Source of the DNA: Anaerolineales bacterium
GTDB taxonomy: Bacteria > Chloroflexota > Anaerolineae > Anaerolineales > Villigracilaceae
Length of the DNA stretch: 64,000 nt
Assembly: GCA_050293165.1 (NCBI GenBank)
Contig: JBNKMO010000059.1
Span: forward strand, 130 to 64,129
Direction of reading: 5' to 3'
In this document: positions 27,879 through 35,450 of the stretch, piece by piece
Layout: each line of letters starts with the position of its first letter
How positions within the stretch are numbered: the stretch's first letter is position 1
Notes under the pieces: model-generated
What the model was told of the DNA's origin: nothing
Database searches by the model: none
Seen by the model: the letters and a program-made list of their open reading frames with translations, nothing else
Made by a program: the position numbers and the translations under genes

Positions 27879-27918
27879 CATTGTCTTACGATATAGCGAG
27901 ATGCGATACAGGAGCATT

Positions 27919-28236
27919 ATGAGTATCAACTATAAAAAATACCTCCCCCTAACAGAATCTACGGCCTATATTCTCTTGGCATTAGCAGAGCCTTTGCATG
28001 GCTACGGGGTGATGCAAAAGGTCGAGGCGATGAGCAAGGGGACGGTGAAGATCGGTCCGGGCACATTATATGGCGCTTTCTCGAATTTGGAGAAGGAAGA
28101 CCTGATCGCTAAAGTTGGCGAGGAGAGCCGTCGTAAATCCTATACATTGACGGAAAAGGGACGCGAGCTGCTCAAGGAGCATATCCGTCGAATTGAAATT
28201 TTGCTTGAAAATGGGCTACCGACAAAAGATTGGTAG
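27919..28236 (+). CDS. PadR-family transcriptional regulator
   Basis: Contains LTESTAYILLALAEPLHGYGVMQKVE...GPGTLYGAFSNLEKEDLI. SD aggag lies 5 nt upstream of the ATG at 27919. Confidence 0.87.
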   Translation: MSINYKKYLPLTESTAYILLALAEPLHGYGVMQKVEAMSKGTVKIGPGTLYGAFSNLEKEDLIAKVGEESRRKSYTLTEKGRELLKEHIRRIEILLENGLPTKDW

Positions 28237-28249
28237 CAAGGAGAATGAG

Positions 28250-28768
28250 ATGAGTACGATCAAAAAATTCCACTGGTATTGGGCCTGGGACGATGAGAAA
28301 GAAGAAGCCTGGCTGCGCGAGCAATCGCTTGCAGGGCTGCATCTGAAGGATGTGAGCTTTCCCAGTGTCTACACCTTTGAGCAGGGCAAGCCCAGCGATA
28401 ATGTCTATCGTTTGGATTACTTCTATGACCGCAAAGATATGCCCGCCTATTTGCAGGTCTTTGAAGATGCGGGCTGGGAATATCTCGGCGAGATGAGTGG
28501 CTGGCAATATTTTCGCACGGAAAGTGTTGATGGAGAAGCGCCGGAGATCTACAGCGATAATGCATCAAAGGCTAAGAAATACGAGCGTTTGATCCTGTAT
28601 TTGGTCATCTTCCTGCCCATCTATTTGAATTTCTTCAATATGGCCGATCGCTATGATGCGGGCTATATGCAGTTCTTTTCGGTGCTGATGAGCGCCCTTA
28701 TGCTGCTCTACATTTATGCGATGGTGCGATTGGTGAGCCGTGTATCGAAGCTAAAGAAGAAAGTCTGA
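28250..28768 (+). CDS. DUF2812-like membrane protein (usual PadR partner)
   Basis: Contains KKFHWYWAWDDEKEEAWLREQSLAGLHLKDV...FEDAGWEYLGEMSGWQYFR plus two C-terminal TM helices. SD aaggag precedes the ATG at 28250. Confidence 0.72.
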   Translation: MSTIKKFHWYWAWDDEKEEAWLREQSLAGLHLKDVSFPSVYTFEQGKPSDNVYRLDYFYDRKDMPAYLQVFEDAGWEYLGEMSGWQYFRTESVDGEAPEIYSDNASKAKKYERLILYLVIFLPIYLNFFNMADRYDAGYMQFFSVLMSALMLLYIYAMVRLVSRVSKLKKKV

Positions 28769-28790
28769 AAACACAAACTCAGCTGAATCA

Positions 28791-28822
28791 AAAAGGATTT
28801 ACGCAGTCACGTAAATCCTTTT
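28791..28822. terminator. Bidirectional terminator
   Basis: Stem aaaaggatttacg / cgtaaatcctttt (13 bp, loop cagtca) followed by a T-rich flank. Confidence 0.8.
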
Positions 28823-28831
28823 TCTTTTCCA

Positions 28832-29137
28832 CTACTCAAATTCCTTTTCATAGGCCAGAAAATCTTCCCAGCTCCCATCAGCCTCCACGCTGGGATGCGT
28901 CGCATCGCCCTCCTGTCGACTTGACCACGTTAAATGGATGACGGTATAACGCTCCGGCTCCCCCACATGCCTGACGAGAATATCATCCGTCGCCCCATCT
29001 CGATGCGCAATGACTTCGACATTCCTGCCAAAGAGCAGATGATCGGGCGGTAATTCTTTTTGTAGCTCGCTGTAGAGCCTTTTGCTTTCTGCTTCGCTGG
29101 CGGGGAACCAGCCTGCGGGGAAGTTCTTTGTTTTCAA
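28832..29137 (-). CDS. Hypothetical 101-aa protein
   Basis: Intact ORF 36 nt downstream of the HNH gene on the same strand. No motif recognised. Its composition resembles the host backbone rather than the AT-rich cassette. Confidence 0.55.
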   Translation of the reverse strand: MKTKNFPAGWFPASEAESKRLYSELQKELPPDHLLFGRNVEVIAHRDGATDDILVRHVGEPERYTVIHLTWSSRQEGDATHPSVEADGSWEDFLAYEKEFE

Positions 29138-29173
29138 GTTTAGTTTATTTGGTATATCTTACTGAAAACATCT

Positions 29174-30037
29174 TTAAGTCCCTAGAAAGCCACCATTGCA
29201 AAACCAGTCGCTAGCCACCGCAGCCCGATACATGGCAGCTACCCATGAGTTTTTTTGATCAGCTTCAACACTAATAAGCTCCTCTTGCAAATGAGAACGA
29301 ACAGCTTTTTCACCATTAGCTGTTTGATATAGCCTTGTTAGTCGAGTGCGAATTTCAGCGAGACGACTTCCTGCATTTGATGAAAACAAAGTTGGGAGAT
29401 CTAGTTCTTTTAGGTGCATTTCTACGCGTTGTTTAGCCCCCTGCGACCAATAATTAGGCGGTGATGTAAAATAACGGAATCCTGCTGGAACACCAACTAT
29501 CACTTCTGCTACAAGCCAAATATCGTTATCTATATCATCAAAATAAGGATGGAGAAGCTGCTCTCCTTCTGTAGTTGGATAGTATTCGGCTTTCTTCCCT
29601 TGGCACCAATTACAGACTGGAACCAGATTATTAGGTGTTACAGAATAAATAGGAAAAAAAGTTTTAGGAAGGTAGTGATCAAGGGTGTTTACTGTACCTA
29701 TGCCGCATAAGGGACACTTACCATGTATAGGCGCAGACATGATTTGGTCATAAATGGGGCGTCCCTTTGACGTTTTGGGAACCATTCGGCCTGTATAAAC
29801 TTTGACCATTTCATCCCTTGAGATAGAACCTATTTGGTTGTGAGGCTGCTTTTGGAACAGTTGCTTACCCGTTGCCTTAATGTCATAGTCTTTGGCTTCT
29901 GTGTCTACTTGCTGAACAATGGATTGCAATCGTGCTTTTAGCTGTCCATTTTTGACCATAGAGATACAGGTTTTGAAGACTTCAGTAGCAATAAAAGTCT
30001 TCAAATTTTTATCCTTAGGTAGAGGTAGATGTCTCAT
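29174..30037 (-). CDS. HNH endonuclease, PtuB-like (Septu-like effector)
   Basis: HNH/Zn core GKCPLCGIGTVNTLDHYLPKTFFPIYSVTPNNLVPVCNWCQGKK. About 105 aa of N-terminal and about 130 aa of C-terminal sequence have no motif I recognise. It starts 9 nt after the ATPase stop. AT-rich. Confidence 0.75.
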   Translation of the reverse strand: MRHLPLPKDKNLKTFIATEVFKTCISMVKNGQLKARLQSIVQQVDTEAKDYDIKATGKQLFQKQPHNQIGSISRDEMVKVYTGRMVPKTSKGRPIYDQIMSAPIHGKCPLCGIGTVNTLDHYLPKTFFPIYSVTPNNLVPVCNWCQGKKAEYYPTTEGEQLLHPYFDDIDNDIWLVAEVIVGVPAGFRYFTSPPNYWSQGAKQRVEMHLKELDLPTLFSSNAGSRLAEIRTRLTRLYQTANGEKAVRSHLQEELISVEADQKNSWVAAMYRAAVASDWFCNGGFLGT

Positions 30038-30046
30038 AAGCTGGAG

Positions 30047-31630
30047 TTATTTATCATTATTTAGATACATGCCTCGAAGCACTGCTTTCCCCTCTGCTCC
30101 AAGCTTGCCTTCTAACTGCGCTAGTGCTTCTTCGTAACCGTCTGCATTGTGCCTTAAGTTATTTAAAAGCTGGTGGTAACCTGATTGTGATAGTTCCAAC
30201 TGAAACACTTCTCGACTTAGGATGCCAACACTTTCAGCAAATGTTTCAATTGATGGACGCTCAGCCTTTGAAATTTTCAAAATGCGATTGAGTATCCACA
30301 CACAGGATTTCGGAACTTCTTGTAGGATTATCGGTGAATGGGTTGCTACAATCGCTACTCCATTTCTTTGCACAAGCAATTCAGAAATTGCGCGTGTCAT
30401 GGCCGATAATAACGGAGGATGTAAGTGTGCCTCTGGCTCATCAATCAGTACTAGCGTTCTTTCCTCAACTTTCTCCACAAGTCGCGTTATTGTTAGAAGA
30501 ACAATCTTATGACCTGAACTAAGTGCTTTAAAGGTCTTCAGTACCTTGTCTTGCTCTTCCTGGTTGGAAGGGTTGGCCTCAATGATAGATATTAGTTGAG
30601 CTGCCTTGAATACAGGATCAGACTGGAGAATATTAATCGCGTTTATCCATCTTCTTCGTCTTGAGCCAATACGACACTCTCTTAAGCTATCGACAAATTC
30701 ATGAGCTAGCATATCAGGGGTTTTAGGTTTAATCTTTGCCGTTGGAGATGGACTGTCCCAACCACGAAGTCCAATGTAAGAGAAACCAAGAGTATCAGGT
30801 TCTGGATTTCGATCAGGTAATAAATCTGCTTCATCAAATGCACTAAAGGAAATTGCTACTGCATTAGCAAAAGTGCTACTATGACTTTCTTGTTCGCTAA
30901 ATTCAAATGCGCCAGATTGTCTTTCGAATGCATCCTTTGTAACCAAAGCTTTAGCCATCAGAGAAAGCAATCGTGTTTTTCCTACACCGTTGCGTCCAAT
31001 AATAATATGAACATTTGTGGGAATGGGCGAATTTGGGTCAACGTTAAAATCTAGCTTGAAAGGAGGGGAGCCATCATCTGATCTTTTAGGAGGAAAATAA
31101 GTGAAATTGTAGCGTGTTACGCGTGCGTCCCCACGGGCCATTCGTCGGAATTGTCCCTCAACAGTGCTTTGGGTTACAGAGCGAAGCAATGACTCTCTAG
31201 TGACATCTTCGTCCTTAGCCCACTCCCAACGTTCTTCATCCCATGCCACATCACATAAGCAAATTAAAATTTGTTCACGAATTGAATCTCCAAGAGTAGC
31301 TAGTTTTCCGTAGTATTCTTCATCTTGACCAACTGAAAAAAAGTTATCCCTCAATTGATAAAAGCTAGTCGGAACATTTGGTCTGCGATGTCCTGGCAGG
31401 GTGTCTTTCAGTACTGATTGGGGCTTTAATCCGCGTTCTCCGATTTTTACTTGTCCAATTCTGTGGGGCTCGTTATTATGATCAATAATTGTTAGATAGA
31501 ATTGGGTACTATACTTTCCCCAATCATCCCAGTCGTCGCGGTTTAGGTATGCTGACCATCCTTGCGCACCATGAGGGATTTTCGCGCGTGGCGAAATGAC
31601 ATGAAATGGTATTGGTTTAGGCAGATTCAT
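30047..31630 (-). CDS. ABC/AAA_21-type ATPase, PtuA-like, with an unassigned N-terminal domain of about 210 aa
   Basis: Walker A GRNGVGKT at aa 212-219 (nt 30974-30997), signature-like LSSGHK, Walker B LVLIDEPEAHLHP, and H-loop ATHSP. Residues 1-210 match nothing I recognise. AT-rich. Confidence 0.8.
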   Translation of the reverse strand: MNLPKPIPFHVISPRAKIPHGAQGWSAYLNRDDWDDWGKYSTQFYLTIIDHNNEPHRIGQVKIGERGLKPQSVLKDTLPGHRRPNVPTSFYQLRDNFFSVGQDEEYYGKLATLGDSIREQILICLCDVAWDEERWEWAKDEDVTRESLLRSVTQSTVEGQFRRMARGDARVTRYNFTYFPPKRSDDGSPPFKLDFNVDPNSPIPTNVHIIIGRNGVGKTRLLSLMAKALVTKDAFERQSGAFEFSEQESHSSTFANAVAISFSAFDEADLLPDRNPEPDTLGFSYIGLRGWDSPSPTAKIKPKTPDMLAHEFVDSLRECRIGSRRRRWINAINILQSDPVFKAAQLISIIEANPSNQEEQDKVLKTFKALSSGHKIVLLTITRLVEKVEERTLVLIDEPEAHLHPPLLSAMTRAISELLVQRNGVAIVATHSPIILQEVPKSCVWILNRILKISKAERPSIETFAESVGILSREVFQLELSQSGYHQLLNNLRHNADGYEEALAQLEGKLGAEGKAVLRGMYLNNDK

Positions 31631-31678
31631 ATTTTACCTAGATAGGATTTCGTCAAAAATTAGTGTAGCTTTCACTTG

Positions 31679-33223
31679 TTACTCCCACTCAATCGTCGCG
31701 GGCGGTTTCGACGTAATATCATAGACCACCCGATTGATCCCCTCCACCTCGTTCACGATGCGGCTCGAAATCCGCGCCAGCGCCTCGTGCGGGATCGGCG
31801 TCCACTCCGCCGTCATAAAATCGCTCGTCGTCACCGCCCGGATCGCCACCGCCTCCTGATACGTCCGCTGGTCGCCCATCACCCCCACCGAGCGCACCGG
31901 CAGCAGCACCGCAAAGGCTTGCGACGTCTCAGCGCCCTTCCCGATCATGCCGATATTGGATAGCTCTTCGAGCAGGATCGCATCCGCCTTGCGCAGACGG
32001 GATACCCTCGGCTTGGTCACTTCACCCAAACAACGCACGGTCAAACCCGGACCCGGAAATGGCTGCCGCCAAACCAGCTTTTCGGGCAACCCCAAGGCTT
32101 CACCGACAAGCCGCACCTCGTCCTTGAACAGATAGCGCAACGGCTCGACCAGCTCAAACTGCATATCTTCGGGCAGCCCGCCGACATTATGATGACTTTT
32201 GATCTTCGCCGCCTTATTACGGTCTGGCGCCGACGACTCGACCACATCGGGATAGATCGTTCCCTGCACCAAAAACTGCGGCTGCCCAACCGACTTCGCT
32301 TGCTCCTCGAAAATGCGGATGAACTTCTCGCCCACGATCCGACGTTTTTTCTCAGGGTCGGTCTCGCCCGCCAATGCGCCGAGAAAATCATCTTCGGCAT
32401 CGACAGCGATCAACTCCGCGCCGAGATGCTCCCGAAAGGCAGAGACCACTTCATCGGACTCATTCATCCGCATCAAGCCCGTATCGACATAAACACAGAC
32501 GAGTTGATCGCCAATCGCCTTATGCACCAACGCCGCCGCGACGGATGAATCCACCCCGCCACTCACCGCAGCGAGAACGCGCGCCGAGCCAACCTGTTTC
32601 CGTATCTCGGCAACTTTCTCGTCGATGATATTCTCCGCTGTCCAATCGGCATCCACGCCGCATATCTCGACGGCGAACTTGCGCAGCATCTCCCCGCCGC
32701 TGGGGGTGTGATTCACTTCGGGGTGAAACTGAACGCCGTAATAATTCCGCGTCAGATCACCCATCGCGGCGACGGGGCTGTTTTCGGAAATGGCAAGAGA
32801 GACAAAGCCATCAGGCATTTCGGTGATGCGGTCGCCGTGAGACATCAGGGCAGGGAATGGGGAATCAGGAATCAGGGGACTAGGAATCAGTGATTGAACG
32901 GTAGCCACCCCAAATTCGCGTTCGTTCGAGGGGTCTACTTGTCCACCCAAAGCATGGGTTAAGGCTTGCATCCCATAGCAAATCCCCAAGATCGGCAATC
33001 CGGAATCCAGAACATAATCGGGTACTTGCGGCGCGCCCTCGGCATAAACAGAGGCGGGACCGCCCGAAAGGATATATCCGCCCGGCTGGATGGCATTGAC
33101 CTTTTCGGCTGGGGAGTCGTAGGGAAAAAGCTCGCAGTAGATGTTTTGCTCGCGCACGCGGCGGGCGATGAGCTGGGCGAATTGCGAGCCGAAATCGAGG
33201 ATGGCGATTGAGTTTTTAGTCAT
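31679..33223 (-). CDS. guaA: GMP synthase (glutamine-hydrolysing)
   Basis: GATase CYGMQ, ATP-PPase SGGVDSSV, and C-terminal ...KPPATIEWE. Confidence 0.96.
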   Translation of the reverse strand: MTKNSIAILDFGSQFAQLIARRVREQNIYCELFPYDSPAEKVNAIQPGGYILSGGPASVYAEGAPQVPDYVLDSGLPILGICYGMQALTHALGGQVDPSNEREFGVATVQSLIPSPLIPDSPFPALMSHGDRITEMPDGFVSLAISENSPVAAMGDLTRNYYGVQFHPEVNHTPSGGEMLRKFAVEICGVDADWTAENIIDEKVAEIRKQVGSARVLAAVSGGVDSSVAAALVHKAIGDQLVCVYVDTGLMRMNESDEVVSAFREHLGAELIAVDAEDDFLGALAGETDPEKKRRIVGEKFIRIFEEQAKSVGQPQFLVQGTIYPDVVESSAPDRNKAAKIKSHHNVGGLPEDMQFELVEPLRYLFKDEVRLVGEALGLPEKLVWRQPFPGPGLTVRCLGEVTKPRVSRLRKADAILLEELSNIGMIGKGAETSQAFAVLLPVRSVGVMGDQRTYQEAVAIRAVTTSDFMTAEWTPIPHEALARISSRIVNEVEGINRVVYDITSKPPATIEWE

Positions 33224-33250
33224 CTGTTGTCAGTCTCCGTTTATCAGTTT

Positions 33251-33697
33251 TCAGTTGTTGGCTTCTGAATGCTTTTTTTGTTGAAAAAGTTTAGTTTGCC
33301 TATCCACTATTCCTGTTGTTTTTGGGTTTTCTAATAATTGATCGACTATCTGAATTAAGTCGCCAATATCAAAAACGCCGCCATAACACGCATTTGCCCC
33401 CGCTGTAAATATTCTTTGTACCCATTTTTCATCTTTTATTTTATAAACTTGAACAACTATTGGAATATATGGAATATTTTCATTTCCCCTAATTGAGTTT
33501 AATAATTGAAAATCTTCATCATTAATGAAACGAGATAAAATCAAAATGTCGGGATGAAATTTTTCACAGATAGCGAAGCACTCAGCTTGAGCACTAACTG
33601 CATCTAGGGCATATCCTTGTTCTTCAAAGAAGACGGTAAATAATTTTCTAATATCTTCATCGTCATCAAGATATAAAATTTTCCCTTTTGGCTCCAT
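33251..33697 (-). CDS. Stand-alone receiver-like (pseudo-receiver) domain protein
   Basis: CheY-like N-terminus KILYLDDDEDIRKLF, but the phospho-acceptor position reads PDILILSRF (Ser instead of Asp). The conserved Thr/Ser and Lys are also not evident. AT-rich. Confidence 0.65.
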   Translation of the reverse strand: MEPKGKILYLDDDEDIRKLFTVFFEEQGYALDAVSAQAECFAICEKFHPDILILSRFINDEDFQLLNSIRGNENIPYIPIVVQVYKIKDEKWVQRIFTAGANACYGGVFDIGDLIQIVDQLLENPKTTGIVDRQTKLFQQKKHSEANN

Positions 33698-33698
33698 A

Positions 33699-34064
33699 CT
33701 AATCTCTATCCTCTGAAATCAAATGAAAATGTAGATGCGGAAAATCCTGATGCTCCCCGCCATTGACGATCAGGCGGTAGCCTTTCTCTGCGAGCCCGAA
33801 CTCATCGACGAGGCTTTGCACCGTTTTGACAAGGTCTGTCATAAAAGCGGGATTGTCCGCGTCAAGGGCTTGGAAGTTGGGTAAATCCAGTTTGGGCATC
33901 AGCAGGATGTGGACGGAGTAGCTGGGCTTGGGGTGGTGAAAGGCGAGCAGGGTCTCGGTTTCACGCAGGCGTTTGGTGGGGATTAGAAAAGACATTTTTG
34001 TGAAAAGAATACGGATGATGAATTTTCCGAAGGCGGTGTTGGCGAGGCAGTAGAGGGTATTCAT
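33699..34064 (-). CDS. HIT-family (histidine triad) protein
   Basis: Contains the histidine triad HLHFHLI. Confidence 0.85.
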   Translation of the reverse strand: MNTLYCLANTAFGKFIIRILFTKMSFLIPTKRLRETETLLAFHHPKPSYSVHILLMPKLDLPNFQALDADNPAFMTDLVKTVQSLVDEFGLAEKGYRLIVNGGEHQDFPHLHFHLISEDRD

Positions 34065-34108
34065 AAAAAAGTAGGGACGGGGCTCAGACCCGCCCCTACA
34101 AATATATC

Positions 34109-34687
34109 TTAATATCCGTTCGTAAAGGTGATCTCGTCTTCATCCAGCGAGGCGATACAGGCCAGAGATTTGACGACAAAGCCCATCTTTTCGAGAGCGG
34201 CACGTCCACCTTCGAAATGCTTTTCGATCAGCGCGCCGACGCCGACGACCGTGCCTCCCGCCAATTCTGCGAGGCGCACGAGTCCGAGAATGGTCGCGCC
34301 GCTGGCGAGGAAGTCGTCGATGATGAGCACTTTTTCACCGTTGGAGAGATATTCGGGGGAGACGATCAACTCGACCGTGCGACCCTTTGTATGGGAAGGA
34401 GCGAGGGTCAGAAAGACCTGATCGGGCATGGTGATCGGTTTGCGTTTGCGCGCATAGACGACGGGAATGTTTAAATATAAGCCGGTCGCCACGGCGGGTG
34501 CGATGCCGGAAATTTCGGCGGTCAAAATTTTGGTGGCACCGAGGTCTTTGAAAATTTCAGCGAACTTTTTCCCCGCTTCGTCCATCAACATCGGGTCAAC
34601 CTGGTGGTTGACAAAACCATCCACTTTAAGGATGCCGCTGCCGAGGTAGGTACCTTCTTTTTGAATGCGATCTTCGAGTAATTTCAA
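34109..34687 (-). CDS. xpt: Xanthine phosphoribosyltransferase
   Basis: MKLLEDRIQKEGTYLGSGILKVDGFVNHQVDP... and the PRPP motif VLIIDDFLASGAT. Confidence 0.9.
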   Translation of the reverse strand: MKLLEDRIQKEGTYLGSGILKVDGFVNHQVDPMLMDEAGKKFAEIFKDLGATKILTAEISGIAPAVATGLYLNIPVVYARKRKPITMPDQVFLTLAPSHTKGRTVELIVSPEYLSNGEKVLIIDDFLASGATILGLVRLAELAGGTVVGVGALIEKHFEGGRAALEKMGFVVKSLACIASLDEDEITFTNGY

Positions 34688-34766
34688 GAGAGACTCCTTT
34701 ACTAAATTGAGCTAGACAACCAATTCCCATTGTACAACGCGAATCGGCTCTTGTGTTAGAATCCGC

Positions 34767-35450
34767 GTGATGGAAAAAATCACAAATTTGTTATTAGCGT
34801 CGAATTCCCCCCGTCGACGAGAACTGCTTGGCTTGCTTGGTTTTTCTTTTGATAGTAGCTCCGCTGATGTAGACGAAAGTATCCGGCCAAACGAAAAACC
34901 TGCCAACTACGTACTCCGTTTAGCGGAAGCAAAAGCACGTGCATGTGCTGAATCGGGTACGGAAAAATGCGCGGGGCGACTGGTTATCGGATCCGACACA
35001 GCGGTAGTAGATGCCGGGGAAATCCTTGGCAAGCCCAGGAACGAGAGCGACGCGGTATCCATGTTGAAACAATTGCGCGGACGTACACATCAGGTTTATA
35101 CGGCTGTCGCGCTCTACGATCCAGAATCCGAGCAGGCGCTGACCGAGCTGAGTATCAGCGATGTGCCGATGCGCAATTACAGTGATGCGGAACTGGAAGC
35201 CTATGTCCAGACCGGCGATCCGCTCGACAAGGCAGGGGCGTATGCAATCCAGAACGCGGAATTTCATCCTGTAGAAAACTTTGACGCCTGTTACACCAGC
35301 GTGATGGGGTTGCCGCTTTGCCATGTAGCACGTAGTTTGATCAAAATGGGGCTAATGCCTGATGCTGATGTACCAGCTTTGTGTCAGGAGACCTTGGCGT
35401 ATGATTGTTCCATCTATAAGGCGGTTTTACACGATGAAAAAATTGAGTAA
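34767..35450 (+). CDS. maf: Maf-like nucleoside-triphosphate pyrophosphatase
   Basis: LLASNSPRRRELL and GKP..., typical of the Maf family. Confidence 0.88.
   Translation: MMEKITNLLLASNSPRRRELLGLLGFSFDSSSADVDESIRPNEKPANYVLRLAEAKARACAESGTEKCAGRLVIGSDTAVVDAGEILGKPRNESDAVSMLKQLRGRTHQVYTAVALYDPESEQALTELSISDVPMRNYSDAELEAYVQTGDPLDKAGAYAIQNAEFHPVENFDACYTSVMGLPLCHVARSLIKMGLMPDADVPALCQETLAYDCSIYKAVLHDEKIE

Noticed and set aside
31631-31678. Retron (msr/msd + RT) associated with the PtuAB-like pair
   Set aside because: There is no reverse-transcriptase gene in the neighbourhood. The upstream spacer is only 48 nt, too short for a retron ncRNA.
34688-34766. Purine riboswitch upstream of xpt
   Set aside because: The spacer is only 79 nt and is shared with divergent maf. 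It lacks the conserved purine-aptamer loops. guaA has only a 27-nt spacer.
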